Assembly: GCA_963775465.1 (NCBI GenBank)
Contig: CAVZIW010000012.1
Span: 64,001 to 128,000, forward strand
Length of the DNA stretch: 64,000 bases
Direction: 5' to 3'
DNA from: Candidatus Bathyarchaeota archaeon
GTDB lineage: Archaea > Thermoproteota > Bathyarchaeia > Bathyarchaeales > Bathycorpusculaceae
The notes below the pieces were generated by a model. It searched no databases. It saw only the letters and a program-made list of their open reading frames with translations, and was not told where the DNA came from. This document shows, piece by piece, positions 19,750 through 29,722 of this stretch. Positions within the stretch are counted from its first letter, which is position 1, and the number at the start of each line of letters is the position of its first letter. The translations under genes were made by a program, and so were the position numbers.

Positions 19750-20598
19750 ATGCAACAATTAGAGCTTCGGGATCTTAGTGCAGGATATGGTGTTGAAGAG
19801 GTAATTCACAGAATTAGTCTAAAGCTAACGCAGCCCTCAATCTACGTTTTGCTAGGTCCAAATGGCGCTGGAAAGACTACTCTTTTTAGATCTATTTGCG
19901 GTATTTTGAGACCTTTTTCTGGTCAAGTGCGATTAGATGAGTTTGATCTGTTCAGTTCTAAGGAGGCTAGGCGTAAGGTGGCTTATCTGTCTCATTTGAA
20001 TGCTTTGCCAGAGGAAATGACTGTTTACAACGCTCTGAATTATTATGCGGGTATTGAGGGGGGAGATGTTGAGCATGTTATTGATGTTTTAAGCCTTGGG
20101 GATCTTCGCGATAAGAAATTTTCCTCTCTGTCGCAGGGTCAGAAAAAGAGGGTTTCGGTTGGCAAGATCTTTCTTAGGGAGAGAGATTTGTATCTTTTGG
20201 ATGAGCCGACATCGAATGTGGATCCGAAAGTCTCCAGAGAAATAAGAGGGTTACTCACTGAGTTGAGCAAGGATAAGTTTGTGCTTTACTCTTCTCATAA
20301 CCTCTATGAAGCCAGAGAGATTGGCACCTATTTGATTGTAATAAAGAATGGTGAGTTAACTTATTTTGATAAGATCGAGAACGTTAAGACAAAGCAGTAT
20401 CGTGTGGGTATCAAAACTTTAAATGACATATCGAAGATGCTTCCGCAAGCTCGTCTTGAAAATGGGTACTATGTGGTTACGGTGCAAAATCCGCAGGAAG
20501 TCGCTGAGACTGTTGACTCAATCGTGAAGCAGGGCGGCAAGATAGTTGAGCTTCGAGAGCTGGACAATCCGTTGCAGGAGTTTTTTGAGGAGAGGTAA
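19750..20598 (+). CDS. ABC transporter ATP-binding protein
   Basis: GPNGAGKTT, LSQGQ, LLDEPT, SSH. Confidence 0.92.
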   Translation: MQQLELRDLSAGYGVEEVIHRISLKLTQPSIYVLLGPNGAGKTTLFRSICGILRPFSGQVRLDEFDLFSSKEARRKVAYLSHLNALPEEMTVYNALNYYAGIEGGDVEHVIDVLSLGDLRDKKFSSLSQGQKKRVSVGKIFLRERDLYLLDEPTSNVDPKVSREIRGLLTELSKDKFVLYSSHNLYEAREIGTYLIVIKNGELTYFDKIENVKTKQYRVGIKTLNDISKMLPQARLENGYYVVTVQNPQEVAETVDSIVKQGGKIVELRELDNPLQEFFEER

Positions 20599-20600
20599 AT

Positions 20601-21311
20601 GTGAGTTTCTGGAAAGCCACTATGAATAGAAGTACGCGCTTGAGTAAAAGTTACTTTATTATAGGGACAATCACAACTATTTATGGAGTCGTTCTCTCAA
20701 ACCTTATGACGATAATTCCGTCAATAATTCCTCCTGACATTAACACTCCTGCCCCGATTGATTTGGTTGGCAGTTTTCCGTTGCTGTCGATTGCGCTATT
20801 GTCTTTTTCTGCTGTTTTGTTTGCGTTGCCGGTGGTCATGCTTTTTGTGTATGATAAAAATAACGGGGTGTTGGAGTATCTGCTCTCAACTGGTCTTGAC
20901 CAGCTGGACATCTTCAAAGGCTACGTGAAGGCATCTTTAGTTTTGGCGACGTACTTGTTGGTCTTTGCAATCATTTTAAATACGGTGGTCGGCATTTTTT
21001 TGGGAACCAGTTTGACCCTACTGGCAACTATAGCAACTCTTACTTTTGCAATTGGAATCTCAGAGGTGTTTCTTGTAAGCGTCTGCATGGTGGCTTTCAG
21101 TTCTCTTCAAAGAACACCCATGGGTGCAAACCAGCCGTTAGGCGTCGTAGTAGGTGTTGTTCCAATGTTTCCCGCCTTATTGCTTCCCTTAGCTTTTCCA
21201 ACGTACGGATTAGTTGTTGACTTAATCATCGCTGCTGTTACTTTTGTTGCTTCAATAGCATTATTACTCTCCACTAGCCGCCTGATTCGCAGAGAAAAAC
21301 TACTACCATAA
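20601..21311 (+). CDS. ABC-2 type permease
   Basis: 6 TM helices; DKNNGVLEYLLS motif; adjacent to the ATPase. Confidence 0.8.
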   Translation: MSFWKATMNRSTRLSKSYFIIGTITTIYGVVLSNLMTIIPSIIPPDINTPAPIDLVGSFPLLSIALLSFSAVLFALPVVMLFVYDKNNGVLEYLLSTGLDQLDIFKGYVKASLVLATYLLVFAIILNTVVGIFLGTSLTLLATIATLTFAIGISEVFLVSVCMVAFSSLQRTPMGANQPLGVVVGVVPMFPALLLPLAFPTYGLVVDLIIAAVTFVASIALLLSTSRLIRREKLLP

Positions 21312-21454
21312 AACACCTTTCTTTATTGATTCAAATTCAGAGTTTCTCAGCAAGGATTACGAGCATGAAAAGGAGACTATTCTTACTGATACGCATCATT
21401 GTTTTGTTGTTGCTTAAGTTTCAAATAACCTCAGGAGGAGTTTGATCCATATTT

Positions 21455-22558
21455 TTATCGGATTTTTTTGTCTAGTTCTTTGGATAGCTCTTCCAGAAGT
21501 GCTCTTTGGTGTTGGGTTAGCACTTTAGGAACTGACACATTTACTCGGACTCGTAAATCGCCTTTGCCGTATCCGCCCATTTTTGGCATGCCTCTGCCTT
21601 TGACCCTTAGAATCTGTCCTGGTTGTGTTCCAGGATGAATTCTCAGTTCTGCTTTTCCTTCGATTGCGGGCAGGGTGACTTCTGCGCCTAATGCTGCTTG
21701 AGTCATGCTAATATGCAGGTCGTATAGGAGGTCATCGCCTTCTCTTTTGAAGTATCGATGAGGAATAATGTGAATCATGATGTATAGATCTCCTGGGGGA
21801 CCACCGTCGGGGGCTGCGTCTCCTTGTCTTTGGAGCCTGAGTTGGTATCCTTCTGGTATGCCGACTGGGATCTTTACTGTTATTTTTCGTTCTCTTTTTA
21901 TTAATCCCTGTCTGTTGCAGGTTCTGCATGGGTTAGTGATCGTTTGACCTGTACCGCTGCAGGCTGAGCACTCCACTATTTGCACGAACGCGTTGGAGCC
22001 TCTTCTTCTTACGTTTTGGACTTTTCCTGATCCTTTGCATACTCGGCAAGTTTGTATTGAGGATCCTGGAGCTGCTCCTGAGCCGCCGCAAGTTGGGCAT
22101 TTCTCGATTCGGGGGATTTGGATTTCTTTTTCGGCGCCGCGTGCTGCTTCTTCAAGGGTTATGTAGACTTCGTAGCCTAAATCTCGCCCGCGGATGGCTC
22201 TTTGTGTTTCTACAAAGTCTTGGTCGCCAAAGAAGACGCTGAAGAGATCGCCAAAACCGGAGCTGACGCCCATGTCGCGGAATATGGAGTCAAAATCGGC
22301 GCCTCGGAATATGTCCTCTCGAGTGTATCGTTGGTCGAAGCCTGTGCTCCCTAAATTGTCGTATTGTTGTCGTTTTTCGTCATCCGATAGGACTGCATAT
22401 GCTTCAGAGATTTCTTTGAACTTCTCTTCGGCTCCTGGGGATTTATTTCTGTCAGGATGGTACTGCAGAGCTAGTTTTCTGTAGGCGTTTTTTATCGCGT
22501 CTTTGGACGCGTCTTTTGGAACGTTTAGAATTTCGTAGTAGTTCTTTTTTTCAGCCAT
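21455..22558 (-). CDS. dnaJ: Chaperone DnaJ
   Basis: J domain with HPD, G/F-rich region, four CxxCxGxG-type repeats, C-terminal domain. Confidence 0.95.
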   Translation of the reverse strand: MAEKKNYYEILNVPKDASKDAIKNAYRKLALQYHPDRNKSPGAEEKFKEISEAYAVLSDDEKRQQYDNLGSTGFDQRYTREDIFRGADFDSIFRDMGVSSGFGDLFSVFFGDQDFVETQRAIRGRDLGYEVYITLEEAARGAEKEIQIPRIEKCPTCGGSGAAPGSSIQTCRVCKGSGKVQNVRRRGSNAFVQIVECSACSGTGQTITNPCRTCNRQGLIKRERKITVKIPVGIPEGYQLRLQRQGDAAPDGGPPGDLYIMIHIIPHRYFKREGDDLLYDLHISMTQAALGAEVTLPAIEGKAELRIHPGTQPGQILRVKGRGMPKMGGYGKGDLRVRVNVSVPKVLTQHQRALLEELSKELDKKIR

Positions 22559-22928
22559 TAATTTCGCATCCGTATTCTATATGGGCGTGTATGTCTGTTC
22601 TAGAGAGATTAGTTCAGCGACCTACAAATAATCTACGGAAGAATATATGTGATTCTATTCTTTGCATGGGCAGGGCGTTTTAGTGGATAAAATAATATTT
22701 AATAGAGATGAACCACATTCAAAAAAACTTGTTGCTCTTCTCGGATAAAGCGTGTAGACGTGTGGAGTTTTTTTCGTGTTTTTGATATTCTGATTTTAGG
22801 TTGTTTTTTGTGGTTAGCCGCTAAAATTGCTCCAAAGTGTGTTACAGCAAGTTTTTGTTTTAGAAAAAGTTATAGCGTAGGTGGTCATTAAGCCATAACT
22901 AAAACAGATCTTTGGATGGTTATGTTTC

Positions 22929-24015
22929 GTGCCTGAAATTCGCGTAGCAATCGTTGGCGTTGGCAACAGCGCATCAGCCCTCGTCCAGGGAACCCAATAC
23001 TATAAGAACTGCAAAAGAAGACGAAACCGTGCCTGGCTTGATGCATGTAAATTACGGTGGCTACCATATTCGTGACATTCGTTTTGTTGCGGCTTTTGAA
23101 GTTAACAAGGATAAAATCGGCAAGGATCTCAGTGAAGCTATTTGGGTTAAGCCGAATTGTTGTGAAAAGTTTGCTGATGTGCCCAACCTTGGGGTTACGG
23201 TTTCTGCAGCGCCTATCCTTGATGGTGTTGCGCCTCATATGCGGGAAACTTTCAACGTTTATGATGATTCTGCGACTTCCAAAGATATTGTTGTAAATAT
23301 ATTAAAAGAGTCAAAAGCTCAGGTTTTGGTTAACTATTTGCCTGTGGGTAGCCATGATGCCGTACGGTATTATGCGCAGTGTGCCATCGATGCTGGTTGT
23401 GCTTTTGTTAATTGTATGCCAGAGTTTATCGGTTCAGATGCATCTAAAGAGTGGCCTGCAAAGTTTGAGAAGGCAGGTTTGCCTGTTTTGGGTGATGATA
23501 TTAAGAGTCAGGTCGGTGCGACTATTCTTCATCGGCAGCTTGTGCGTCTTTGTCTTGACCGGGGAGTGATTGTTGATGAGACCTATCAGCTAAATCTTGG
23601 CGGCGATACTGATTTTCAGAACATGACTGTTGAGAACCGTCTCAAGTCTAAGCGCATAAGCAAAACTGAGGCTGTAACTAGCCTTGTGCCGTATCCTTTG
23701 CCTACTCGTATTGGTCCGAGCGATTTTGTGCCGTTTCTTAAGAACAAGAAAATCTGTTACATCTCTCTTAAAGGACGCAAATTCGGCGATCGCCCCATAA
23801 ACATCAGTGTAAAGCTTGAGGTTGAAGACTCACCTAACAGCGCTGGCGTGGTTATTGATCTTATTCGTGCGGCAAAGATTGCGTTGGATCGAAAGACTGC
23901 TGGTGCTCTTTTGAGTATGCCCTCTTATGCGTTTAAGCATCCGCCCATCCAGATTCCTGATTCTCAGGCTCGTCAGTGGACTGAGGATTGGATTGCGGGT
24001 AAACGTGAACGTTAA
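22929..24015 (+). CDS. ino1: myo-inositol-1-phosphate synthase; +1 frameshift near 23010
   Basis: GTG 22929 gives VPEIRVAIVGVGNSASALVQG.QYY, then the frame shifts into ...GLMH...VNYLPVGS...GDDIKSQVGAT...QLNLGG.TDF..M...SKRISKT...EDSPNSAG. Confidence 0.9.
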
Positions 24016-24089
24016 AATTCTTTTTTCTTCATGAAACCTTTTATTTTAGATTTTTGTTGGTTATTCAGTAACGTTAGAAGGTTTGTGTT

Positions 24090-24509
24090 ATGGTAAAAGT
24101 TGAAGCATACGAAGTTCCTGAAGGTCTTTATTTTTCCAAGGATTTTGAATGGGTAAAAATTGAAGGCGACAAGGTTCGGATCGGCATCACAGATTACGCG
24201 CAGAAATCTTTGCGCGAGATCGTCTACGCGGAGTTGCCAAGTGTTGGTTCGGATGTTAAGCAGGATGAGCCGTACGGCACTTTGGAGTCGGTAAAGGCTG
24301 TCTCAGATTTAGTTGCGCCGGTGAGTGGAACGATTCTGGAAGTTAACGATGAGGTTCAGTCAAAGCCTGAAACTTTAAACGAAGATCCGTTTGGGAAAGG
24401 TTGGTTGCTTGTTGTTAAGCCTTCGAATTTGCAGGCAGAGCTTGCTAACATCATGGATTTTGACAATGCAGTCGAGTGGCATAAAGCTCAAGCAGCTGCA
24501 AAATGTTGA
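24090..24509 (+). CDS. gcvH: Glycine cleavage system H protein (lipoyl carrier)
   Basis: EWVKIEG...IGITDYAQ..L, ESVKAVSD lipoyl-Lys, PVSG, N.DP...GWL. Confidence 0.93.
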   Translation: MVKVEAYEVPEGLYFSKDFEWVKIEGDKVRIGITDYAQKSLREIVYAELPSVGSDVKQDEPYGTLESVKAVSDLVAPVSGTILEVNDEVQSKPETLNEDPFGKGWLLVVKPSNLQAELANIMDFDNAVEWHKAQAAAKC

Positions 24510-24523
24510 CCAGGGCGACTTAG

Positions 24524-25870
24524 ATGGTTAGACGCATAATCATCATAGGTGCTAACGCGTCGGGTGTTGAAGCTGCTTCCGCTGCCCGCAAGAAAGACCG
24601 TACTGCAGAAATCACCCTCATCACTCAGGAAGTAAATGCGGGTTACTCTCGTTGTGGTTTGCCTTTTGTTATCGGCGGAACCATATCTGCTTTTAGGGAT
24701 TTGATTGTTTATCCTCCTGCTTATTTTCAGATGCTTAAGCTGAATTTGCGCACTGAAACCAAGGCTTTGGCAATTAACACTAAGGAAAAGACTGTGAATG
24801 TGCAGACTGCTGGAGGACCTGTGGAAACGTTGGCGTATGATGCTCTTGTGATTGCTACAGGCGCGGATTCGTTTATGCCGCCTATCAAAGGTAGAGAAAA
24901 ACCAGGTATTCTTTCCTTGCGTGACATTGAGGATGGCGAGAAGATTGATGCTGCTGTTAAGGCAGGCGCTAAATCTGCTGTAATTATGGGTGCTGGCCTG
25001 ATCGGTTTAGAAGTGGGCGTCGGCTTGATGGAGCGTGGTTTGACTGTTACTATTGTTGAGTTGTTGCCGCAGATTTTGCCTCAGTTGTTGGATGCTGATA
25101 TGGCAAAGATGGTTCAGGAGCATTTGGAATCCAAGGGTATGCGTATTCTTACTAGAAAGGGTGTTGAAGAATTCATTGGCGAGGAGAAGGTTACTGCGGT
25201 TATAGCTGGCGGGGAAAAGATTGAGGCTGACTTGTTTGTGAGCGCTTTTGGTGTGCGTGCAAACACAAGGCTTGCTGTTGAGGCTGGGATTGCGTTGGGT
25301 GAGTCTCGTGCTATCAAGACTAATGGCAGGATGGAAACTGAAGTTAGGGATGTTTACGCTGTTGGCGACTGCGCTGAGGCGCCGAGTATAATTACTCATA
25401 AGCCTACGTGTGCGCAGCTTGGAACCATTGCTGTTAGGCAGGGTAAGGTTGCGGGGACAAACGCTGGAGGCGGCTACAGCCAGTTTAGCGGGGTTTTGGC
25501 TTCTGCTGTGACGATGTTATTTGAGATTCAAGCAGGCAATACTGGTTTAACTGAAACCGGTGCAGAACGTAACCGCATCGAAGTTGTCACTGGAGCCATT
25601 AGCAGTAAGACCAGAGCTGATTATTTCCCAGGGGCTAAACCCATAAAAGTTAAGCTTGTGGTTGAAAAAGAAAGTCAACGTATAGTCGGTGGGCAGGTTA
25701 TCGGTGGAGAAGAAGTTACTCAACGCATAAACTGTCTTAGTTTTGCCATCCAAAAAGGAATGACGGTTCGTGAACTATCCAAAGCAGACACTGCATATGC
25801 ACCGCCTCTTTGCGAAACCTGGGAACCCATGGTTTTGGCTGCTGAACTGGTTTTGATGAAGCTGCGTTAA
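24524..25870 (+). CDS. FAD-dependent oxidoreductase, CoA-disulfide reductase / NADH oxidase family
   Basis: YSRCGLPF single redox Cys, ATGA, GAGLIGLE, YAVGDC, AYAPP. Confidence 0.88.
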   Translation: MVRRIIIIGANASGVEAASAARKKDRTAEITLITQEVNAGYSRCGLPFVIGGTISAFRDLIVYPPAYFQMLKLNLRTETKALAINTKEKTVNVQTAGGPVETLAYDALVIATGADSFMPPIKGREKPGILSLRDIEDGEKIDAAVKAGAKSAVIMGAGLIGLEVGVGLMERGLTVTIVELLPQILPQLLDADMAKMVQEHLESKGMRILTRKGVEEFIGEEKVTAVIAGGEKIEADLFVSAFGVRANTRLAVEAGIALGESRAIKTNGRMETEVRDVYAVGDCAEAPSIITHKPTCAQLGTIAVRQGKVAGTNAGGGYSQFSGVLASAVTMLFEIQAGNTGLTETGAERNRIEVVTGAISSKTRADYFPGAKPIKVKLVVEKESQRIVGGQVIGGEEVTQRINCLSFAIQKGMTVRELSKADTAYAPPLCETWEPMVLAAELVLMKLR

Positions 25871-25929
25871 GCAGTTCCCCCTTTCCTTCTTTTTAGAAAA
25901 ATTTAAGTTTTAAACGCTCTAATTCTTGG

Positions 25930-26499
25930 GTGGTGAAATTGTTGAATACATTGATTGTTTACGGCACCCGATACGGTGCAACAGCTAACACCTCCGAGGA
26001 AATTTCGAAAATTCTTGCAGAAGAAGGCTTTACTGTTAAAGTTGCGAATGCAAAGAAAGAAAAAATTAAAGACATCTCACCCTATGAGCTTGTGATTGTT
26101 GGTAGTGGTATGCAGATGGGTAAATGGACTGGTGAAGCTCAGGATTTTTTGAAAAACTTCAAGGGCGAGCTTGGTTCAAAGAAGGTGGCGATTTTTGCTT
26201 CTACTATGAAGTCGGTTTCTGAACGGGAAGGAAAGCTGGAGGATTTGGAGAAAGCTCGGAAAATGAGCATTGATGATATTGTTACTAAGTATGGTTTGAA
26301 TCCTGTCTCGACTGGGTTTTTTGGTGGGGTTTTGGATTTTAATAAGATGAATTTTGTGTTTCGGCGAACGTTTGGTTTTATTCGGCCTCAGTTGGAGAAG
26401 GATGGCTTTAAAGAAAAGGAGCCTGGGGTTTATGATCTGCGTGATTTTGAGGAAATCCGCGTTTGGTCAAAGGAGCTTGCGGGTAAAGTTACGCAGTAG
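25930..26499 (+). CDS. Flavodoxin domain protein (HemG-like)
   Basis: LIVYGTRYGAT..., FFGG.L, DLRD.EEI..W. Confidence 0.82.
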   Translation: MVKLLNTLIVYGTRYGATANTSEEISKILAEEGFTVKVANAKKEKIKDISPYELVIVGSGMQMGKWTGEAQDFLKNFKGELGSKKVAIFASTMKSVSEREGKLEDLEKARKMSIDDIVTKYGLNPVSTGFFGGVLDFNKMNFVFRRTFGFIRPQLEKDGFKEKEPGVYDLRDFEEIRVWSKELAGKVTQ

Positions 26500-26500
26500 T

Positions 26501-26970
26501 CTATTCTATTTTGGAGGTTCCTGGTTGAGTGAAAGGTTCTGTCATGCCGACGAGTAGTTTTCCAAAGGTGTTTATGTGGTCTTCTTCTTCAGCTAATATG
26601 TCTTCTAGTAGTCGTCTTGTTGTGTAGTCGCCTTCGCTTGCTGCTGCTTGAATTGCCTGTTTGTAGAGAGTTATGGCGTCTTCTTCGTCTTGTTCGTCTT
26701 GTTTTAGCATTTCGATGAGGCTTCCGCCGACAAAGATCGGGTCCGGTTTAGTTGTGGCTACGCCGTTTAGGTAGTCTAAGCGTTCAGCTAGGCGTTCGGC
26801 GTGTTTCATTTCGGCTATTGCTGTTTTTCGGAATATATCTTCTACTGTGGTGCCGTCTATTCCTGTAACTTGCACGTGTTGCCACATGTATTGGATGCTG
26901 ACTTGGAGTTCTCGGGCTATTGCTTTGTTTAAAAATTCAAAAGATTTTGTGAGGTTCTTTGAGATAACAA
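26501..26970 (-). CDS. Ferritin-like / bacterioferritin protein; frameshift in a T run near 26935
   Basis: LNKAIARELQVSIQYMWQH...EMKHAE.LAERL...E..AI.LY...EEEDH di-iron motifs; TTG 26970 start needs one extra T. Confidence 0.85.
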
Positions 26971-27127
26971 AATAATCCCTGCATTAGATTAAATGAATTG
27001 GTATATAAATCAGATTAATGTTTTTTTTTGAATGCTGCTGGTTGAATGAGAGTTTTTTTGTGTTATTAGCGCAGGATTTTTATGCTGATTGTCTTAAAAG
27101 TTGTTTTGTTGGTGAATGTAGAGGAAG

Positions 27128-27682
27128 ATGTTCAAAATCGTAATCGTTGTGGTAGCAGCTTTGCTTGTTTCGTTGATAGTTGGGTTTGGTTTAGTGCTGT
27201 TTGATGTTTCGGGCGCTTTTGCCACTGGTACTGATAGTTTGCCCAATGATGCTGCTGTCGAGTCTGCCTTGGTTGTTTATGATCCTGGTTTGTCTGGTGG
27301 AGCTAAGGATGCTGCGACAAAGATTGGCTACAACCTGCAAACTGCTGGTTACTCTGTTGTCTTAGCTGGGGTAAGTAGTTCTGCTGCTGCTAACGTTTCT
27401 GGTTATGGTGTAGTTGTTGTGGGCGGTCCAATCTATGCAGGTCAGGCTTCCAGTTCGATAAAAGCATATTTGAATGAGCTGAACTTGGTTGCAGGCACTA
27501 AAGTTGGGGTTTTCGGTTTTGGAAGCGCTAGCATTGATGATTCTGATTTGGCGGTGGTTTTAAATGAAGTGGCGCCGCTTCCGAGTACGAGTTCAGTAAC
27601 GATTAATGCGGCTGTAAAAATTGTTTCAGGCAGCAGTATGGATGAAAAATGTTCTGAGTTTGTAGTTGAATTGTTGAGTTAA
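27128..27682 (+). CDS. Membrane-anchored flavodoxin-fold protein
   Basis: N-terminal TM; ALVVYDPGLSG, VVVGGPIYAG. Confidence 0.7.
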   Translation: MFKIVIVVVAALLVSLIVGFGLVLFDVSGAFATGTDSLPNDAAVESALVVYDPGLSGGAKDAATKIGYNLQTAGYSVVLAGVSSSAAANVSGYGVVVVGGPIYAGQASSSIKAYLNELNLVAGTKVGVFGFGSASIDDSDLAVVLNEVAPLPSTSSVTINAAVKIVSGSSMDEKCSEFVVELLS

Positions 27683-28363
27683 GTTTTGACTTAATTCAGT
27701 CTCAGTTTTTTCTGTTTGATTTGGTTGGGGTTTTTTCTTTCTGATTATTGGAAGGACAAACTCTACTACTACGAGCAGGATTATCAGTGAAATGATGATT
27801 GGTAGGCCCCATTGGTTGCCTCTTAGGAAAAGGGTTACCCATCCGAACCATGGAATTCGCATGACAACTTTGCCGATAACTAGGTTTTCTGGGACGCCTT
27901 GTCTTGTGCTCCAGAGTCTGTTTGAATCGTAATCGTCAGGTGAAGGTACAGCTGGCCATTTTTGACCGTTTCCGTCGCCTTTTGTTTGGAAATATAGGGT
28001 TCCGTCGATGTTTTCCACCGCCACTATTCGATGGACGATTGGGGTGTCTTGTGGTCTTGTTGGGTTTTGGTAGACGATTATGTCGCTGTTGGGGTAGTTG
28101 GTGTTTAGGTCTTTGGGGTCTATTTTTTGTATTACTATGATGTCGCCGACGTGCAGTGTTTGGTCGAAGGGGTGGCTCCAGCCGTCGCAGGCTCCGTCGT
28201 AGGGGACGCACATGCTGCCGCTTTCTACAACTCGAACTGGGACATCGGTGTTTAGCGCTATGCGTAGGCCGAAGAAGAATCCTAAAACTACTGCAATAAC
28301 AACAGCGATGGCAACTGCCGATTTGAAATAGTCGTTTTTTGTGATCTTTGTGATGGCGTTCAA
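27626..28363 (-). CDS. Signal peptidase I (archaeal S26/Sec11 type)
   Basis: V.SGSM, GD, IVHRIV, TKGD.N, GKV...IPW.G. Confidence 0.88.
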   Translation of the reverse strand: MNAITKITKNDYFKSAVAIAVVIAVVLGFFFGLRIALNTDVPVRVVESGSMCVPYDGACDGWSHPFDQTLHVGDIIVIQKIDPKDLNTNYPNSDIIVYQNPTRPQDTPIVHRIVAVENIDGTLYFQTKGDGNGQKWPAVPSPDDYDSNRLWSTRQGVPENLVIGKVVMRIPWFGWVTLFLRGNQWGLPIIISLIILLVVVEFVLPIIRKKKPQPNQTEKTETELSQNLTQQFNYKLRTFFIHTAA

Positions 28364-28471
28364 GTGCGTGCCTTCAATTGTTGACTCTGTAGTAGAAATT
28401 CATCAGGATTAATAAACTGCATTCCCAAGTGAGACAGCAAACAAGAAATATCTCTCTTCCAAGGTGTCTTT

Positions 28472-29695
28472 ATGGTCTGGGGCATACTTAAAACCAAACG
28501 GGCGCAAACAGTTTTCTTTCTGATTCTGTGCATCATGGGGTTTTTTGCCATCCTAAGTTCAACCATGTCTAAAAACCCTGTTCTAAAACCCTTTGCCGCA
28601 AGCCTTGGAACGCCCGATGATTTGCTGGGCATAGTTGCTTCAGCTTCAACAATACCGGGCATTTTGATTAGTTTGCCTGCAGCGTCTTTATCTGATATCT
28701 TTGGCAGGCGTAAACTGCTGTTGTTTGCTGCTTTTGTTTTTGCTTCTGCACCTTTCTTGTATTTGGGGGTAAATTCTTGGTGGACGTTGGCGCTTGTGAG
28801 GTTTTATCATGGTTTTGCAACTGCGGTTTTTGTGCCTGTCGCTGAAGCGTCGATTGCGTTGTTGTTTCCTGAAAAACGTGGGGAACGTATGTCGTTGTTT
28901 AATTCGGCGACGGCTATGGGTAGGGCTTTGGCGCCTTTTTTGGGCGGATATTTGCTTTTTGCCACCAATGAGAGTTTCTTTTCGCTTTATGTGGCGGTTG
29001 GGATTGCTGGTGTGACTTCTTTGGTGATTGGGGTTCTTTTTTTGGCGGAGAGAAAAACCACTGATGTGCAGTTGGTTTCTCAGGAGAGGTCTGCGCGGGG
29101 AATTTTTGGCGGCTGGCTAACAATTATCAAGAATACCCACGTTTTAGGTGTGAGTTTTGTTCAGGCGATTCAGTACTATGTTTTTGGGGCAGTTGAATTC
29201 TTCTTGGTTGGTTACTTGACGGATGTTGTTGGTTTGAATCTGCTGTTGGTTGGAGCTATAACGGGTAGCGAAATAGTTGCGTTGGTAATTGCAAGACCAT
29301 TAGCTGGCAGGGCGTCTGATAGGATAGGAAGAACTAAACCAATTTTATTTGGCATAGTGGCTAGTTGCGTGTTTGTTGGCGTTATTCCCTTTGTTTCAGA
29401 TTTTTGGCTGCTGCTTTTTTTGGCGGTTGGCTACGGGGTTTCTTTTGCCACGGTGTTGTCTTCTACTTCGCCGTTGGTTTCTGATCTGGTTCCGGCAACG
29501 CTGGTTGGGGCTTCGATGGGTTTTCTTTCGACCACGATGGACATTGGGCAGACTTTGGGACCTATAGTTAGTGGTTTAATTTTTGCTAGTAGCCTGCGTT
29601 ATTTGGGTTTGTTTTTGTCGCTTGTTTTGTTGTTGGCTGTTTCGGCTGTAGTTTTTGTTATCTCAAAGCGGTCTCATTCGGTTTCTGCTGGCTGA
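28472..29695 (+). CDS. MFS transporter
   Basis: LSDIFGRRK and ASDRIGR motifs; 12 TM helices. Confidence 0.9.
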   Translation: MVWGILKTKRAQTVFFLILCIMGFFAILSSTMSKNPVLKPFAASLGTPDDLLGIVASASTIPGILISLPAASLSDIFGRRKLLLFAAFVFASAPFLYLGVNSWWTLALVRFYHGFATAVFVPVAEASIALLFPEKRGERMSLFNSATAMGRALAPFLGGYLLFATNESFFSLYVAVGIAGVTSLVIGVLFLAERKTTDVQLVSQERSARGIFGGWLTIIKNTHVLGVSFVQAIQYYVFGAVEFFLVGYLTDVVGLNLLLVGAITGSEIVALVIARPLAGRASDRIGRTKPILFGIVASCVFVGVIPFVSDFWLLLFLAVGYGVSFATVLSSTSPLVSDLVPATLVGASMGFLSTTMDIGQTLGPIVSGLIFASSLRYLGLFLSLVLLLAVSAVVFVISKRSHSVSAG

Positions 29696-29722
29696 TCTGT
29701 TTGTCTTTGTAGGAGTTTTCGT

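Noticed and set aside
22990-23030. Programmed frameshift in ino1
   Set aside because: No slippery heptamer or stimulatory structure; similar indels occur throughout the window, so an error or mutation is more likely
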